In this document: one piece after another, positions 1 to 9,627 of the stretch
How the letters are laid out: each line of letters opens with the position of its first letter
Numbering within the stretch: position 1 is the stretch's first letter
Source: Verrucomicrobiota bacterium
Lineage (GTDB): Bacteria > Verrucomicrobiota > Verrucomicrobiia > Verrucomicrobiales > DEV007
NCBI GenBank assembly: GCA_045046875.1
Contig: JASFYY010000028.1
Coordinates: 1-16,729 of the forward strand
Length of the DNA stretch: 16,729 nucleotides
Direction: 5' to 3'
The notes under the pieces: generated by a model
Told to the model about the DNA's origin: nothing
Seen by the model: the letters and a program-made list of their open reading frames with translations, nothing else
Database searches by the model: none
Translations under genes and position numbers: made by a program

Positions 1-170
1 TCTCACTTCCACCACGTGGCATGGATTGGCAATCCGTGTTCCCCCCAAACCATCCCAACCCCACGCAATACCATTACGTCTCACTTCCACCACGTGGCAC
101 GGATTGGCAATCCGTGTTCCCCCAAACCACCCCAACCCCACGCAATACCATTACGTCCCACATCCACCAC
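1..170 (+). repeat. Tandem ~78-bp repeat (2 full copies plus a partial third), each full copy carrying a GTGG-led REP-like palindrome
   Basis: Copies at 1-78 and 79-155, with a partial copy at 156-170. Each full copy has GTGG followed by CAYGGATTG-G-CAATCCGTG (20-38; 98-116, perfect in copy 2). The array may continue left of the window. Confidence 0.85.
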
Positions 171-243
171 AACATCCCCCCCAAAAAATGTCCCGCATTC
201 TAAAACCAACCATTAATCGCTCCTCATTCCAACATCCCACACC

Positions 244-1506
244 ATGAAACCCAATACCATCCGCGTAGGCATCATCGGAACCGGCAACCGTGGCATCACT
301 TGCATCGGTCGCCAGATCGCGGCACAAGCCGACGAACTCAACATCACCATCACCGCTCTCTGCAACCGCACCCAAAAGCGGATGGCAGTCGCCCTCAGCG
401 ACCTCAACGAAGCCGCCAAAGCTGCGGGCAACCCTCCCTTCACCCCCACCTTTTACAGTGATCCCAAAGCGCTGATCAATGACGACCAAGTCGATCTCAT
501 CGTCATCACCACCGCCACCGCGTCCCACCTCGAAGCAGCCATTCCCGCGATCCTGTCTGGCAAAAAAGTCTATCTCGACAAACCCATCGCGCACACCATC
601 GAAGATTCAGTCGCCATTCGTAAAGCGGAAGCCCGGGCGAACAACCCTATCATCATGGGATTCACCCGACGTTACGAAAAACCCTGGACCGATCTGCACG
701 ACTTGGTAAGCAATGGCATCATCGGAGATCTCAAAATGATGCTGATCCGTGCGGTGCTGCCCTACAGTTTTTATTTCCAAACCTGGCACCGCACCCGTGC
801 TCTGAGCGGTGGAGCTCTCAACGACAAGGGGTCCCACTACACCGACGTCTTCAACTGGTTCGCCGGTGAAAGTCGCTGCCTGCAGACCAACGCTTTTGGC
901 GGCCGTAATGTGTTCAAAGAACGCGATGATGCCCCTGAATTCTGCTCCGAATGTGACGACCGGGAATGTGCCTACCGCGCAGAACACGTTCGCCCCGATA
1001 CCCAGGATCAACACCGTGGAGCCGTCGACGATGCCATCGCAGCTAACGCCGATGCTTCGCAACGAAAAGACAATTGTGTTTATAAAAAGGGAGCGGACAT
1101 TTTGGATCACGCATCGATTCACTATCAATATGAAAACGGCATCGTCGCTTCGATTTTCTACAGCATCTACGGCCCCCAGGCAGAAGATGAAGAAACGCTC
1201 GAACTGGTCGGCACCAAAGGACGCATCATTCTGACCCGTCTCAAAGGCGAAATCGATGTGATCACCGACTATGGCGAAAAAAGCCATCAAGTCATTCACT
1301 GCAAAGCCGAAGCTTTCGAAACCTCGCACTTCGGCGCTGACCGCCAACTGGTGCAGGACATCGCCGCTTTTGCCCGCGGCAGCCAATCTGTGGTCAACGG
1401 CTGGTTTGGCATGGAAGCCACCCGCATGGCCATCGCGGCTATCGAATCCATCGACCAAGGCGGACAAACCATTCGCATGAGCGACTTAGCAGACAGCTCT
1501 GCCTAA
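244..1506 (+). CDS. Gfo/Idh/MocA family NAD(P)-dependent oxidoreductase
   Basis: N-terminal Rossmann motif IRVGIIGTGNRG, DLIVITT..H, KKVYLDKPIA (EKP-like motif), GFTRRY, and SGGALNDKGSHYTD catalytic region. 420 aa. Confidence 0.93.
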   Translation: MKPNTIRVGIIGTGNRGITCIGRQIAAQADELNITITALCNRTQKRMAVALSDLNEAAKAAGNPPFTPTFYSDPKALINDDQVDLIVITTATASHLEAAIPAILSGKKVYLDKPIAHTIEDSVAIRKAEARANNPIIMGFTRRYEKPWTDLHDLVSNGIIGDLKMMLIRAVLPYSFYFQTWHRTRALSGGALNDKGSHYTDVFNWFAGESRCLQTNAFGGRNVFKERDDAPEFCSECDDRECAYRAEHVRPDTQDQHRGAVDDAIAANADASQRKDNCVYKKGADILDHASIHYQYENGIVASIFYSIYGPQAEDEETLELVGTKGRIILTRLKGEIDVITDYGEKSHQVIHCKAEAFETSHFGADRQLVQDIAAFARGSQSVVNGWFGMEATRMAIAAIESIDQGGQTIRMSDLADSSA

Positions 1507-1573
1507 ACAGCTCTCCCTTTTGCGGTTCAGGCAGCTTTGTTTGAACCGTGTCCCCCCTTCGCGCCCAAATAAA

Positions 1574-2971
1574 ATGCCCTCCAATCCCCCTCTTACTCCC
1601 GACTCCCCTTGGTATAAAAACGTCACACGCTACCAGTGGCTGGTTCTTTTCATCGCCTCGCTCGGCTGGATGTTTGACATTTTCGAAGGACAAATTTTTG
1701 TCACCACGATGAAAGAAGCCATGCCCTCCTTGTTGCCGGAAGGCACCCCGGAAGGAACCGTTGCCCGTTACAATGACACGGCATTCGCCCTTTTTCTTGC
1801 CGGAGGCGCTGTTGGCGGGGTCTTTTTTGGCATGCTCAGCGACCGTATCGGACGGGCCAAAACCTTGCTGATCACCATTCTGGTCTATTCCATTTTCACC
1901 ACTCTGACCGCCTTTGTCACCGCTCCCTGGCAAGTCATTGCCCTGCGTTTTCTGGTTGCTTTGGGGGTTGGTGGAGAATGGGCGGTTGCCGCCGCCATGG
2001 TAGCTGAAGTTTTCCCCGGTTTTGCCCGGGTCAAATCACTCGGCATCTTTCACGCCACCTCGGCACTCGGCTCCTATCTGGCAATTGCCGCAGGTTTCTT
2101 TATCGTCTCCAATGAAGCCCTGCGCAACCACCCGATCGACGGACTGAACTGGCGCCTATGTTTTCTGATCGGCGCCCTACCAGCTCTTCTCACCATCTGG
2201 ATTAGAATGAAACTCAAAGAACCCGAATCCTGGGTCAAAGCGCAACAGCGTGCTAAAACAGACCCCACCCAAAGCACCGGACGTTTATGGGATTTGTTCA
2301 GTCCACAACTGCGGCGACGAACCGCTACCGGCGTATGCCTCGCCGCAATCGGCCTGGCCACCTTCTGGGGAGTCAAAGTCCGCAGCCAGGAACTAATGCG
2401 CCAGGCAGCAGAACGCCAAATCATTGCCTCCGCAGTGATTCCTGAAACACCTTCGAATCATGATGATGATTCCACTCTCGACCACCACTACCAAACGCTC
2501 AAACGCTGGGAGATGACCGGGCTGTTTCTCATCATGACCGGCGGCATGATCGGCATGCTCTGTTTTGCCCCGCTCAGCGAACGCATCGGACGGCGCGGAG
2601 CTTTCCTCTTTTACCACCTTGGCGGTTTTCTCTCCGGAGTGCTACTGTTCACCTTCTTTGATCGACAATCGATTGCTTTCTACTGGCTGGCGCTACCTGT
2701 ATTTGGTTTTCTGGTCAGTGGCATGCATGCCGGATACGCCGTTTATTTCCCCGAGCTGTTCCCTGCCCGGCTACGCGCCACCGGAGCCGCGTTTTGTTTT
2801 AACGGCGGGCGTTTACTCGCCGTCCCGGTTCTACTGCTGCGTGGTTTCATGCGTGACGACCTCGGTTGGTCGTTGAGTAAAACCAGCGCCACCTTGAGCT
2901 GCCTCTTTTTACTCGGAGCCGTCGTGCTGTTATTTGCCCCGGAAACCAAGGGCGAAGAGCTGCCCGAGTGA
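1574..2971 (+). CDS. MFS transporter (sugar/organic-acid type)
   Basis: MFS motif A in both halves (GMLSDRIGRAK, APLSERIGRRG), plus GVGGEW and ELFPARLRATG. About 12 hydrophobic segments and a C-terminal PETKG. ATG at 1574 is preferred over the TTG at 1520. Confidence 0.93.
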   Translation: MPSNPPLTPDSPWYKNVTRYQWLVLFIASLGWMFDIFEGQIFVTTMKEAMPSLLPEGTPEGTVARYNDTAFALFLAGGAVGGVFFGMLSDRIGRAKTLLITILVYSIFTTLTAFVTAPWQVIALRFLVALGVGGEWAVAAAMVAEVFPGFARVKSLGIFHATSALGSYLAIAAGFFIVSNEALRNHPIDGLNWRLCFLIGALPALLTIWIRMKLKEPESWVKAQQRAKTDPTQSTGRLWDLFSPQLRRRTATGVCLAAIGLATFWGVKVRSQELMRQAAERQIIASAVIPETPSNHDDDSTLDHHYQTLKRWEMTGLFLIMTGGMIGMLCFAPLSERIGRRGAFLFYHLGGFLSGVLLFTFFDRQSIAFYWLALPVFGFLVSGMHAGYAVYFPELFPARLRATGAAFCFNGGRLLAVPVLLLRGFMRDDLGWSLSKTSATLSCLFLLGAVVLLFAPETKGEELPE

Positions 2972-2979
2972 ACTTCCCC

Positions 2980-3906
2980 TCAATCAAAACGAAAACCCTC
3001 GGCAGAAGGGTCGGCATGCCGCTCCACAAAATCCTTAAAACCCTGCCTGATTTTGCTAGTGATAGGTCCTGGCGCGGCAGGCAAGTCCACCCCGTCCACG
3101 CTCGCTATCCCTTGCACCTCGCGCAAGCTACCCGATAGAAACGCTTCTTGTGCTTTTTTCAAATCCCCCAAGGGCAAGTCTTTTTGCAACACCTCAATGC
3201 CCAGCTCACCGCACACATCCAATACCACCGAGCGAGTCACGCCTGCCAGGCATCCGCTAGCGAGCGTTGGCGTGATCAATTGTCCGTCGATCACCACAAA
3301 AATATTCGAACCGGTGCCTTCGCACAACATGCCCGCGTTGTTGGCAAATATCGCCTCATCAGCGCCCTGCTTTTTAGCCATCTTCAAAGCGATCACATTC
3401 TCGCCATACGATATCGATTTCACTCCGGCCAAAGCGCTGTTCTCGTTACGTGTGAACGGCACAGTGATGACTCTGCCCACTTCTTTGTAACTTGGAACTG
3501 CCGAGGCGGCGACTAACATCGTGTGCTCCGCTGTACCACGATCCGAACCTAGCGGGGAAAGCCCCCCTGTGATCGTCACTCGGATTCTAGCGCGATCATC
3601 AAATCCGTTCGCCTCCATCACCGCTCGCATCGCTTCGAGCAACTCTTGCTCATCGGGCAGGTGCAATCCTAGTTTGCTGGCAGAATGTTTCATTCTCACA
3701 AAATGACGCGCAGCGGCAAAAGGCTCCCCTTTGTAAGCGTTAAGCGTTTCAAAAATACCGTCCCCGACCAGAATCCCATGATCAAAAGGCGATACTCGCG
3801 CCTCATCGGCACTCATCAATTTCCCATTGCGCCACACTTGCGGGGTATCCACCCCACCGGCTTCACTTGAGGACTTGGTTTTTGATTCTTTTTCCGTAAA
3901 CTGCAT
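2980..3906 (-). CDS. Class IV PLP-dependent aminotransferase (branched-chain amino-acid aminotransferase / ADC lyase family)
   Basis: Motifs DHGILVGDGIFETL, GVKSISY (PLP lysine), EGTGSNIF and LAGVTR. IlvE, PabC and DAAT cannot be told apart by eye. Confidence 0.92.
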   Translation of the reverse strand: MQFTEKESKTKSSSEAGGVDTPQVWRNGKLMSADEARVSPFDHGILVGDGIFETLNAYKGEPFAAARHFVRMKHSASKLGLHLPDEQELLEAMRAVMEANGFDDRARIRVTITGGLSPLGSDRGTAEHTMLVAASAVPSYKEVGRVITVPFTRNENSALAGVKSISYGENVIALKMAKKQGADEAIFANNAGMLCEGTGSNIFVVIDGQLITPTLASGCLAGVTRSVVLDVCGELGIEVLQKDLPLGDLKKAQEAFLSGSLREVQGIASVDGVDLPAAPGPITSKIRQGFKDFVERHADPSAEGFRFD

Positions 3907-3974
3907 GAGTGGATCTGTTTTTTTGGGCTTTGGTAACCTGACGCAAAAGAGAGCAGATTGCCACTGTAATTTGC

Positions 3975-4886
3975 ATGACCGCTGCTGTTCTCACCACCAT
4001 CCTGTTTGCCCTGTCCGCTATTTGTGGTCAGCGCATCGCCATGGAGATGGGTAGCCTGCGCGCCAACTTCTGGCGGCTGCTGATCGCTACCAGTGTTCTG
4101 GGGCTGCTAGTGCTGTTGTTCTGGCGCGACTCCCTCCACCTCACTACCTTTGGCTGGCTTTTTCTCAGCGGCGCGGTGGGTTTTGGCCTCGGTGATATCG
4201 CCCTGTTCTATGCCTTCGAACGCATCGGCACCCGCTTGACTATTTTGATGAATCTCTGCCTCGCACCGATTTTTGCCGCCGTCGTCGAATTCCTCTGGCT
4301 GGGAAACGGCCTGCTGTCCCACCAATGGGTCGCCGTCGCAGTCATCCTCTTTGGAGTGGGGCTCTCAATCAACCCGGCAAAAACCGGTCGCAACACCTTG
4401 CGCCGTGGACGTTTTGCCCCCGGCATCATCGCCGGCATCATCGCGGGTTTTGGCCAGGGCTGCGGTGCGGTCATCAGTCGCCGCGCACAGCAAGCCGAAG
4501 AACTCATCGGCATGGATGTCAATGGTCTCAGCGAAGCTTTTCAACGGGTGCTGGCCGGCTTCATCATTGTGGCCATCCTCTTCGCACTGCGCCGCCCCTC
4601 CCGGCCTGCGGCAAAAATCATCAGCGACCAACCTGTGCTGACACCCCGCAAACTGTCCTTATGGCTAGTCGGATCCGCCCTGTTTGGTCCGGTCATCGGC
4701 GTGAGTTGTTTCCAGTGGGCGTTGCAATCGATGGAAAGCGCATTGGTGCTGTCCGTGGTATCCACTGCTCCCATCCTATTAATTCCAATGACCTGGTATC
4801 TGGATGGCGAACGGCCTCCAATCAAAACCCTCGTTGGAGCAATCATTGCAGTGCAGGGTGTGATCTATCTGCAACTGTATTCATAA
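3975..4886 (+). CDS. DMT/EamA family transporter
   Basis: 303 aa with ~10 TM segments in two repeats. LSGAVGFGLGDIALFYAFERIG and FGPVIGVS motifs are typical of EamA proteins. Confidence 0.9.
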   Translation: MTAAVLTTILFALSAICGQRIAMEMGSLRANFWRLLIATSVLGLLVLLFWRDSLHLTTFGWLFLSGAVGFGLGDIALFYAFERIGTRLTILMNLCLAPIFAAVVEFLWLGNGLLSHQWVAVAVILFGVGLSINPAKTGRNTLRRGRFAPGIIAGIIAGFGQGCGAVISRRAQQAEELIGMDVNGLSEAFQRVLAGFIIVAILFALRRPSRPAAKIISDQPVLTPRKLSLWLVGSALFGPVIGVSCFQWALQSMESALVLSVVSTAPILLIPMTWYLDGERPPIKTLVGAIIAVQGVIYLQLYS

Positions 4887-4913
4887 AAAATACCACCGTC
4901 CACTGAAGTCCCC

Positions 4914-6467
4914 CTACAACTGCCCCTCGACCGGTATCAAACGAAAAAAGAAATCAGAGATTCTTTGCGAAAACTTTCGTGCCGGTTGCCGGCTTACCAC
5001 CCCTTCGCTCGACTTCCAACGCAAACGCTGGTGCTCATCCAAATACACCTGCCAGGCATTTTCAGGAGACATCAACTGCTCTATTTTTTCCGCCAATTGA
5101 TTGGCCAGACCCGGTGAATCAATCAACATCCCGTTTTCCGTATTGATCTCCACAGAGCGGGGATCGAGATTCAATGAGCCGATGTAACAGAGGTCACGGT
5201 CTCTCACGATCATTTTTGCGTGCAGTGAAATGAAGTCAGCCTTCACCGGAGAATTATCACTCGAATGGCGAATCTTAGCAGAAGGATCATGGCGAAATTC
5301 ATACAGTTGTGCTCCCGCCTGTAAAATCCGACGGCGGTATTTTTTATAATGGCTGTGGGTGAGAGTATGATTGTTCGAAGCTAAGGAACCCGTAAGGAGC
5401 TTTATACTCACTCCTCGATCAGTGGCAGCTTTCACCTTCTGCAAAAGCTCTTCCGTAGGAATGAAATAGGGCGATACAATCAAAACCTCGTGTTTGCTAG
5501 GCAACCCCACTTCGGAAAGCATATCCAGTAGACGAGGCGCATCGCCCGTAGTTACTACCGGACTATCCTGCAAAAAACTCGCGCTACCATAATGCATAAG
5601 TGCGGGAAGGGATTGCAGCTCTTTTGTCCAATTTTTGCGCTCAAGCGGATGAGACGACATTTTAGCCGCGGAAGACTGCAAGGCCAAATTAACCGTTTTG
5701 CGAAACTTTACAATATCGCCGGCTGTCCCCTTTTCGCTGAACATATGACCGGGCACAGCGAGTTTTTGATTCCAGTATTGATCAAAAGCAGCCGATACTC
5801 TGGGCACCACTTTTCCGGTAGCCATCACATCCATATCACAGTTATTAAATTCCTGCGACAAGCCAAAATAAGCATCTCCTATATTCCTCCCTCCGACAAT
5901 CGCGAAGCGATTATCAACCACAAACAACTTATTGTGCATCCGGCGATTCAATTCTTTAAAATACAGCACAAACTCCATCATCGCTCCAATCCGGCTATGG
6001 CGAAAATCCGGATTATAAATTTTAAGCTCAATGTTAGGGTAACGCGACAAAGCCGCGATGGAGTGATTCTGGGCGGTCAAAAAAAGATCATCCACCAAAA
6101 TCCGAACCCGAACCCCACGGTCAGCCGCCTGTAACAAACGCTCAAACAATAACAGCGAACTTTCATCCGAGTCCCAAATGAAATACTGGATATCAATCGA
6201 TGTGGTTGCATGATCAAGCAAAGCCAGACGCCAATTCAAAGCGTCTCTATTATGATGCAATAACAAAAAGGCCGATTGATCTTTATCCTTTCCCGCAAGA
6301 ATGGCGCGACTGCTATCGACCAATGTGCCCTCAGGCGCGGGAGCCAAGGACAGCATAGGAGCGTGCTCTGGCAAGTCTTTGCGCGAAGCACAAGAAACCG
6401 CCAATAGCAACAGGTCAGCCGCCAGCACAAATCGGGATAAACAGGCGCACAAACGAAGTTTCGACAT
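4914..6467 (-). CDS. Phospholipase D family protein (ClsC/YmdC-like), probable lipoprotein
   Basis: Two HKD motifs (RRMHNKLFVVD..GGRNIG and SLHAKMIVRD..GSLNLDPRS..NTE) and SIDIQYFIW. Possible lipobox LAVSC. ATG at 6467 is used; a TTG at 6482 is the alternative start. Confidence 0.92.
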   Translation of the reverse strand: MSKLRLCACLSRFVLAADLLLLAVSCASRKDLPEHAPMLSLAPAPEGTLVDSSRAILAGKDKDQSAFLLLHHNRDALNWRLALLDHATTSIDIQYFIWDSDESSLLLFERLLQAADRGVRVRILVDDLFLTAQNHSIAALSRYPNIELKIYNPDFRHSRIGAMMEFVLYFKELNRRMHNKLFVVDNRFAIVGGRNIGDAYFGLSQEFNNCDMDVMATGKVVPRVSAAFDQYWNQKLAVPGHMFSEKGTAGDIVKFRKTVNLALQSSAAKMSSHPLERKNWTKELQSLPALMHYGSASFLQDSPVVTTGDAPRLLDMLSEVGLPSKHEVLIVSPYFIPTEELLQKVKAATDRGVSIKLLTGSLASNNHTLTHSHYKKYRRRILQAGAQLYEFRHDPSAKIRHSSDNSPVKADFISLHAKMIVRDRDLCYIGSLNLDPRSVEINTENGMLIDSPGLANQLAEKIEQLMSPENAWQVYLDEHQRLRWKSSEGVVSRQPARKFSQRISDFFFRLIPVEGQL

Positions 6468-6541
6468 AGGGTTTCCTAGCAAAGCAGGCTATCAAAGCAA
6501 GTGCAACCAAGTTCAGTGATCCCGCACCGCACCCAAGACCG

Positions 6542-8275
6542 TCAATTCAAAGCCACCAAAACCCTCACCGTCCCCGAAACCGGACGATTGCCTTCACTGG
6601 TAAGCAACAGATTGACCGTGCGGCCGTCGTCACTCAGTAACAACTGCCCACTGGCCATCGATTCGTTGTTGGGCTCTCCACTGCGGCCAAGCAGGTCAGC
6701 CGAGTTCACCAGCCGGTCTTCGGAAAAAATCACTCCGACAACCGGGTGGTCAAAAGTCATCGACGCTTCGAGCGTAGACTCAAGTTTACCATCCTTTCCC
6801 GGCTTGAACTCCAGCAAATAAGAACGCAAATGCCCCTTCTCAGTAAGCACCTCACCATTTTTGTTCCCATTCATCGAAACAAAATGCCCCTTTGACAAGG
6901 TATCCACCTCCAGTTGTTCGTTGTCAGCCAGCTTGAACTGGTCACGCTCCACCGTGACTCGCACCCGGTTATTTTCTGCCACCCGTTTGCTTTGATGCCC
7001 CGGCACAGCCACTTCGACCGTCCCTGTATTGGCCGCGACTCCAGACATCAACTCCCACGCCTTGGAAAAAGGGCGTGAATTAAAAGGGATATCCACCAGT
7101 TTATCACGGTCAAGATCAGCGCGAACGGCTTCAAAATGGTACAAGCGGCGTTTTTCTCCTTCGGCGGAATCTTGCAATTGTATTTCAGCATCGCCACTCA
7201 AAACTACCAGCTCAGCTTCTTTGTCATCCCTGACATCAATACCAAGCGTCGATCCCGAGCCATCCAGATTCAAACCCTTGGTTTCAAAAATAAAATTACG
7301 CTTGTTCCCGGCATTACCCCGGGTCACTGCCAGACCAGACAAAACATTTACCGTCCGCTTGCCTTTGATTTCAAATTCCGCCGGTCCCTCCACCGCCATC
7401 TCCGCACCTTCACGGAAACGCAGATGCACCGTGCCACTTTCCAAATGATAGAGCCCCTTCACCAGTCCGCCTTTTGAATCTGGAATCTGGCCCTCTTGCG
7501 CACTCCAAACTACATCACCCCCTTCAGCGACCACTTGTGCCCATTGCGGACTGAACAAAGACGCCGGCCGGGACTCCGGTTGCACATTCCACAACACCAA
7601 GCCAGTCAAAACCACTGCAGCCGCAGCTGCCAAAGCAGGCTTGAATAAAGCCGGCCAAACTTTACCCGGCCTTGCTGCTTGCTGTGGCAATGAGCCCGTA
7701 TCGGACAACGAGATGGATACCTCACGATTTGAACTCACCGGCTCCGCATCAGCCACCGGCAAATGCGCGTCCCACTCGATGATCTTCGAAGCCAGATCAT
7801 CAACAAAATGGTCTTCTTCAACTTCCGCCCACATCCGGGTCGATAGCGATTGCACAAAAGCCTCCTCACTTTTTGATGCAGACAGCGCCTGGGTCAGCAG
7901 CTCATCGAACTCAAGCTCATCACGCAGTTTTCTGACTTCAGCAGGTTGTTCTTGTAAAAAACGCAAATCAGAAGACAGGGCACCCTGTTCTAAGCTGCTC
8001 CCATCCACCACTTGCTGACGCAAGCGTTTGAAGTCATTATTTCCCAATGCGGCGACATTCAACTGCTCTGTCAAACCTGCTTCAAACACATCTTTTCCGC
8101 CACTAATAAAAGCCTGACGCAAAGATTCAGCAAAAAACAAAGCCTCGCGGACTTCCGCCCCACGCTTCTGATCAGCTGAACACAAACGAGCCAGCTCAGA
8201 ACGTTCATCCCCATCACTTTCCCCATCAAGCAAACGGGCCAGTAATTCTTCAAATCTTTCCTTTGAGTTATTCAT
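6542..8275 (-). CDS. Transmembrane anti-sigma factor with FecR-like periplasmic domain
   Basis: ATG 8275 overlaps the sigma stop codon (ATGA) and follows a GGAGGTG Shine-Dalgarno. N-terminal helical region (FEELLARLLDGE), one TM segment (ALAAAAAVVLTGLVLW), then a FecR-like LESGTVHLRFREGAEMAVEGPAEFEI. Confidence 0.82.
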   Translation of the reverse strand: MNNSKERFEELLARLLDGESDGDERSELARLCSADQKRGAEVREALFFAESLRQAFISGGKDVFEAGLTEQLNVAALGNNDFKRLRQQVVDGSSLEQGALSSDLRFLQEQPAEVRKLRDELEFDELLTQALSASKSEEAFVQSLSTRMWAEVEEDHFVDDLASKIIEWDAHLPVADAEPVSSNREVSISLSDTGSLPQQAARPGKVWPALFKPALAAAAAVVLTGLVLWNVQPESRPASLFSPQWAQVVAEGGDVVWSAQEGQIPDSKGGLVKGLYHLESGTVHLRFREGAEMAVEGPAEFEIKGKRTVNVLSGLAVTRGNAGNKRNFIFETKGLNLDGSGSTLGIDVRDDKEAELVVLSGDAEIQLQDSAEGEKRRLYHFEAVRADLDRDKLVDIPFNSRPFSKAWELMSGVAANTGTVEVAVPGHQSKRVAENNRVRVTVERDQFKLADNEQLEVDTLSKGHFVSMNGNKNGEVLTEKGHLRSYLLEFKPGKDGKLESTLEASMTFDHPVVGVIFSEDRLVNSADLLGRSGEPNNESMASGQLLLSDDGRTVNLLLTSEGNRPVSGTVRVLVALN

Positions 8276-8820
8276 CCCGCGTTCACCTCCCCGATTCGCT
8301 GTTGCACACACTTACGCAAAGCCTTGCGCACCCGTTCCAAACTTTTGCGGATTGCCGCTGCAGACATATTCATTTGCAAGGCAATATCCGGAGCCGACTG
8401 TTCGTTTTCATAACGGGCCTGGAGCATAGCCCTGCTTTTATCCGGCACTTTTTCCAAACATTCCTTCAGCGCCAATGCCTTTGCCTGCGCGCGATCCCCC
8501 TTTTCTTCCACTTCGTTTTCCGGTAGTGAAGAAGAAGCCACCAGCACCTCGGTGAGGTGGTCAGATAAAATACGTTTGCGGCGCGCATCCTTACGCCGCT
8601 CGTTGATCACCAAATTGCGGGCAATGCCGCGCACCCAGGCACCAAAATCACGACTTTCGTCAAAATCAGCCATTCTCTGATAGGCAATCACAAATGCCTC
8701 CTGCGCCAAATCATCCACCCACATCGGCGCTACCCCCAGACTCCTCACAAACCCGCGTAAACCCGCATGGTTTTCACGCACGTATTCTATAAATTTTTCA
8801 GATGAAAATTCGCCAGCCAT
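8272..8820 (-). CDS. ECF-type RNA polymerase sigma-70 factor
   Basis: Region 2 (VDDLAQEAF, DFGAWVRGIARN) and region 4 HTH (IALQMNMSAAAIRKSLERVRKALRKC). 182 aa, resembling the PVC-expanded ECF groups. Confidence 0.95.
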   Translation of the reverse strand: MAGEFSSEKFIEYVRENHAGLRGFVRSLGVAPMWVDDLAQEAFVIAYQRMADFDESRDFGAWVRGIARNLVINERRKDARRKRILSDHLTEVLVASSSLPENEVEEKGDRAQAKALALKECLEKVPDKSRAMLQARYENEQSAPDIALQMNMSAAAIRKSLERVRKALRKCVQQRIGEVNAG

Positions 8821-8954
8821 CAGTTATCAGGGTTTTTCTTGATCGCCCCGTTCATACCCTCTTGTTTGCATATCATCGACTGTGACAATTTTTTGCCCAA
8901 AAAGCACGCAAAACAGCATTTTTTCACTTTTATTAACTTTTTTACAAAAAAACC

Positions 8955-8984
8955 TTGACCCATTTATTGCAAAAAAGGTAGCAT
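8955..8984 (+). promoter_or_regulatory. Putative sigma70 promoter for the 9092 ORF
   Basis: TTGACC (8955-8960), 18 bp spacer, TAGCAT (8979-8984), with an A/T-rich UP-like tract upstream. Confidence 0.35.
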
Positions 8985-9091
8985 ATTTTAATAGAACACA
9001 ATGTAATTACACATTTTCCAAAAGATCAGGTTCAGCTCGGCTTGCGAACATTGATTTCTGGAAGAAGGAAAAACTCAACTAACCACAATTA

Positions 9092-9376
9092 ATGAGTATC
9101 ATCAAAACCGCATTTTTCTTACTGGTTCTCGTTTCCATCGCGATGGGAGGCATTTATGTGAAAAATAATGCATCTCTACATGGAGGAGCTAATCGCATTG
9201 CGCAAATAGCACCCATCATTATTGGAAATAATGGAGCAGTCAGATTCCCCAATCGGGTTCCTTCACCTGAAACCGTGTATCAGATCCAGACAGCCGTCCA
9301 AACAGACGATGCCCAGGCTCTGAATGACCTTTTGGTCAAACACCGTTTCTACGTGCTTCCTGGAAGAACGAACTAA
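9092..9376 (+). CDS. Small hypothetical protein with N-terminal signal/anchor helix
   Basis: 94-aa ORF with an ATG start and hydrophobic N-terminus (AFFLLVLVSIAMGGIYV). It fills an otherwise empty intergenic gap. No family recognised. Confidence 0.5.
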   Translation: MSIIKTAFFLLVLVSIAMGGIYVKNNASLHGGANRIAQIAPIIIGNNGAVRFPNRVPSPETVYQIQTAVQTDDAQALNDLLVKHRFYVLPGRTN

Positions 9377-9627
9377 GGCGCCCACATATACCCAAAAAGG
9401 GATCTTAAAATAAGATTCACAGATACATGCCGAGTTCCCGGTTCGGCGATGTGTGAAATTATTTCGACAAAAATAGCCCCTCTCTCATATTGACAACTGC
9501 TTGACATCAGGCGGCTGGCAATTTTTTTGTTTATAGGCCCTGCGTTTTTTGCTTTCGATCTTGGCAAGAGCTCTTTACATTCACTTCCGTAGTTTCTACT
9601 CCGCCGCAAATCCCCTTCTCAAAGCCC

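Noticed and set aside
1..170. CRISPR array
   Set aside because: The sequence between the palindromes is repeated too, so there are no unique spacers, and no cas genes are in the window.
16..247. Three short + strand ORFs (16-216, 21-203, 26-247)
   Set aside because: They are translations of the C-rich tandem repeat in all three frames and show no protein-like features.
9490..9506. Tandem TTGACA hexamers as the protease promoter
   Set aside because: Neither has a credible -10 element at canonical spacing.
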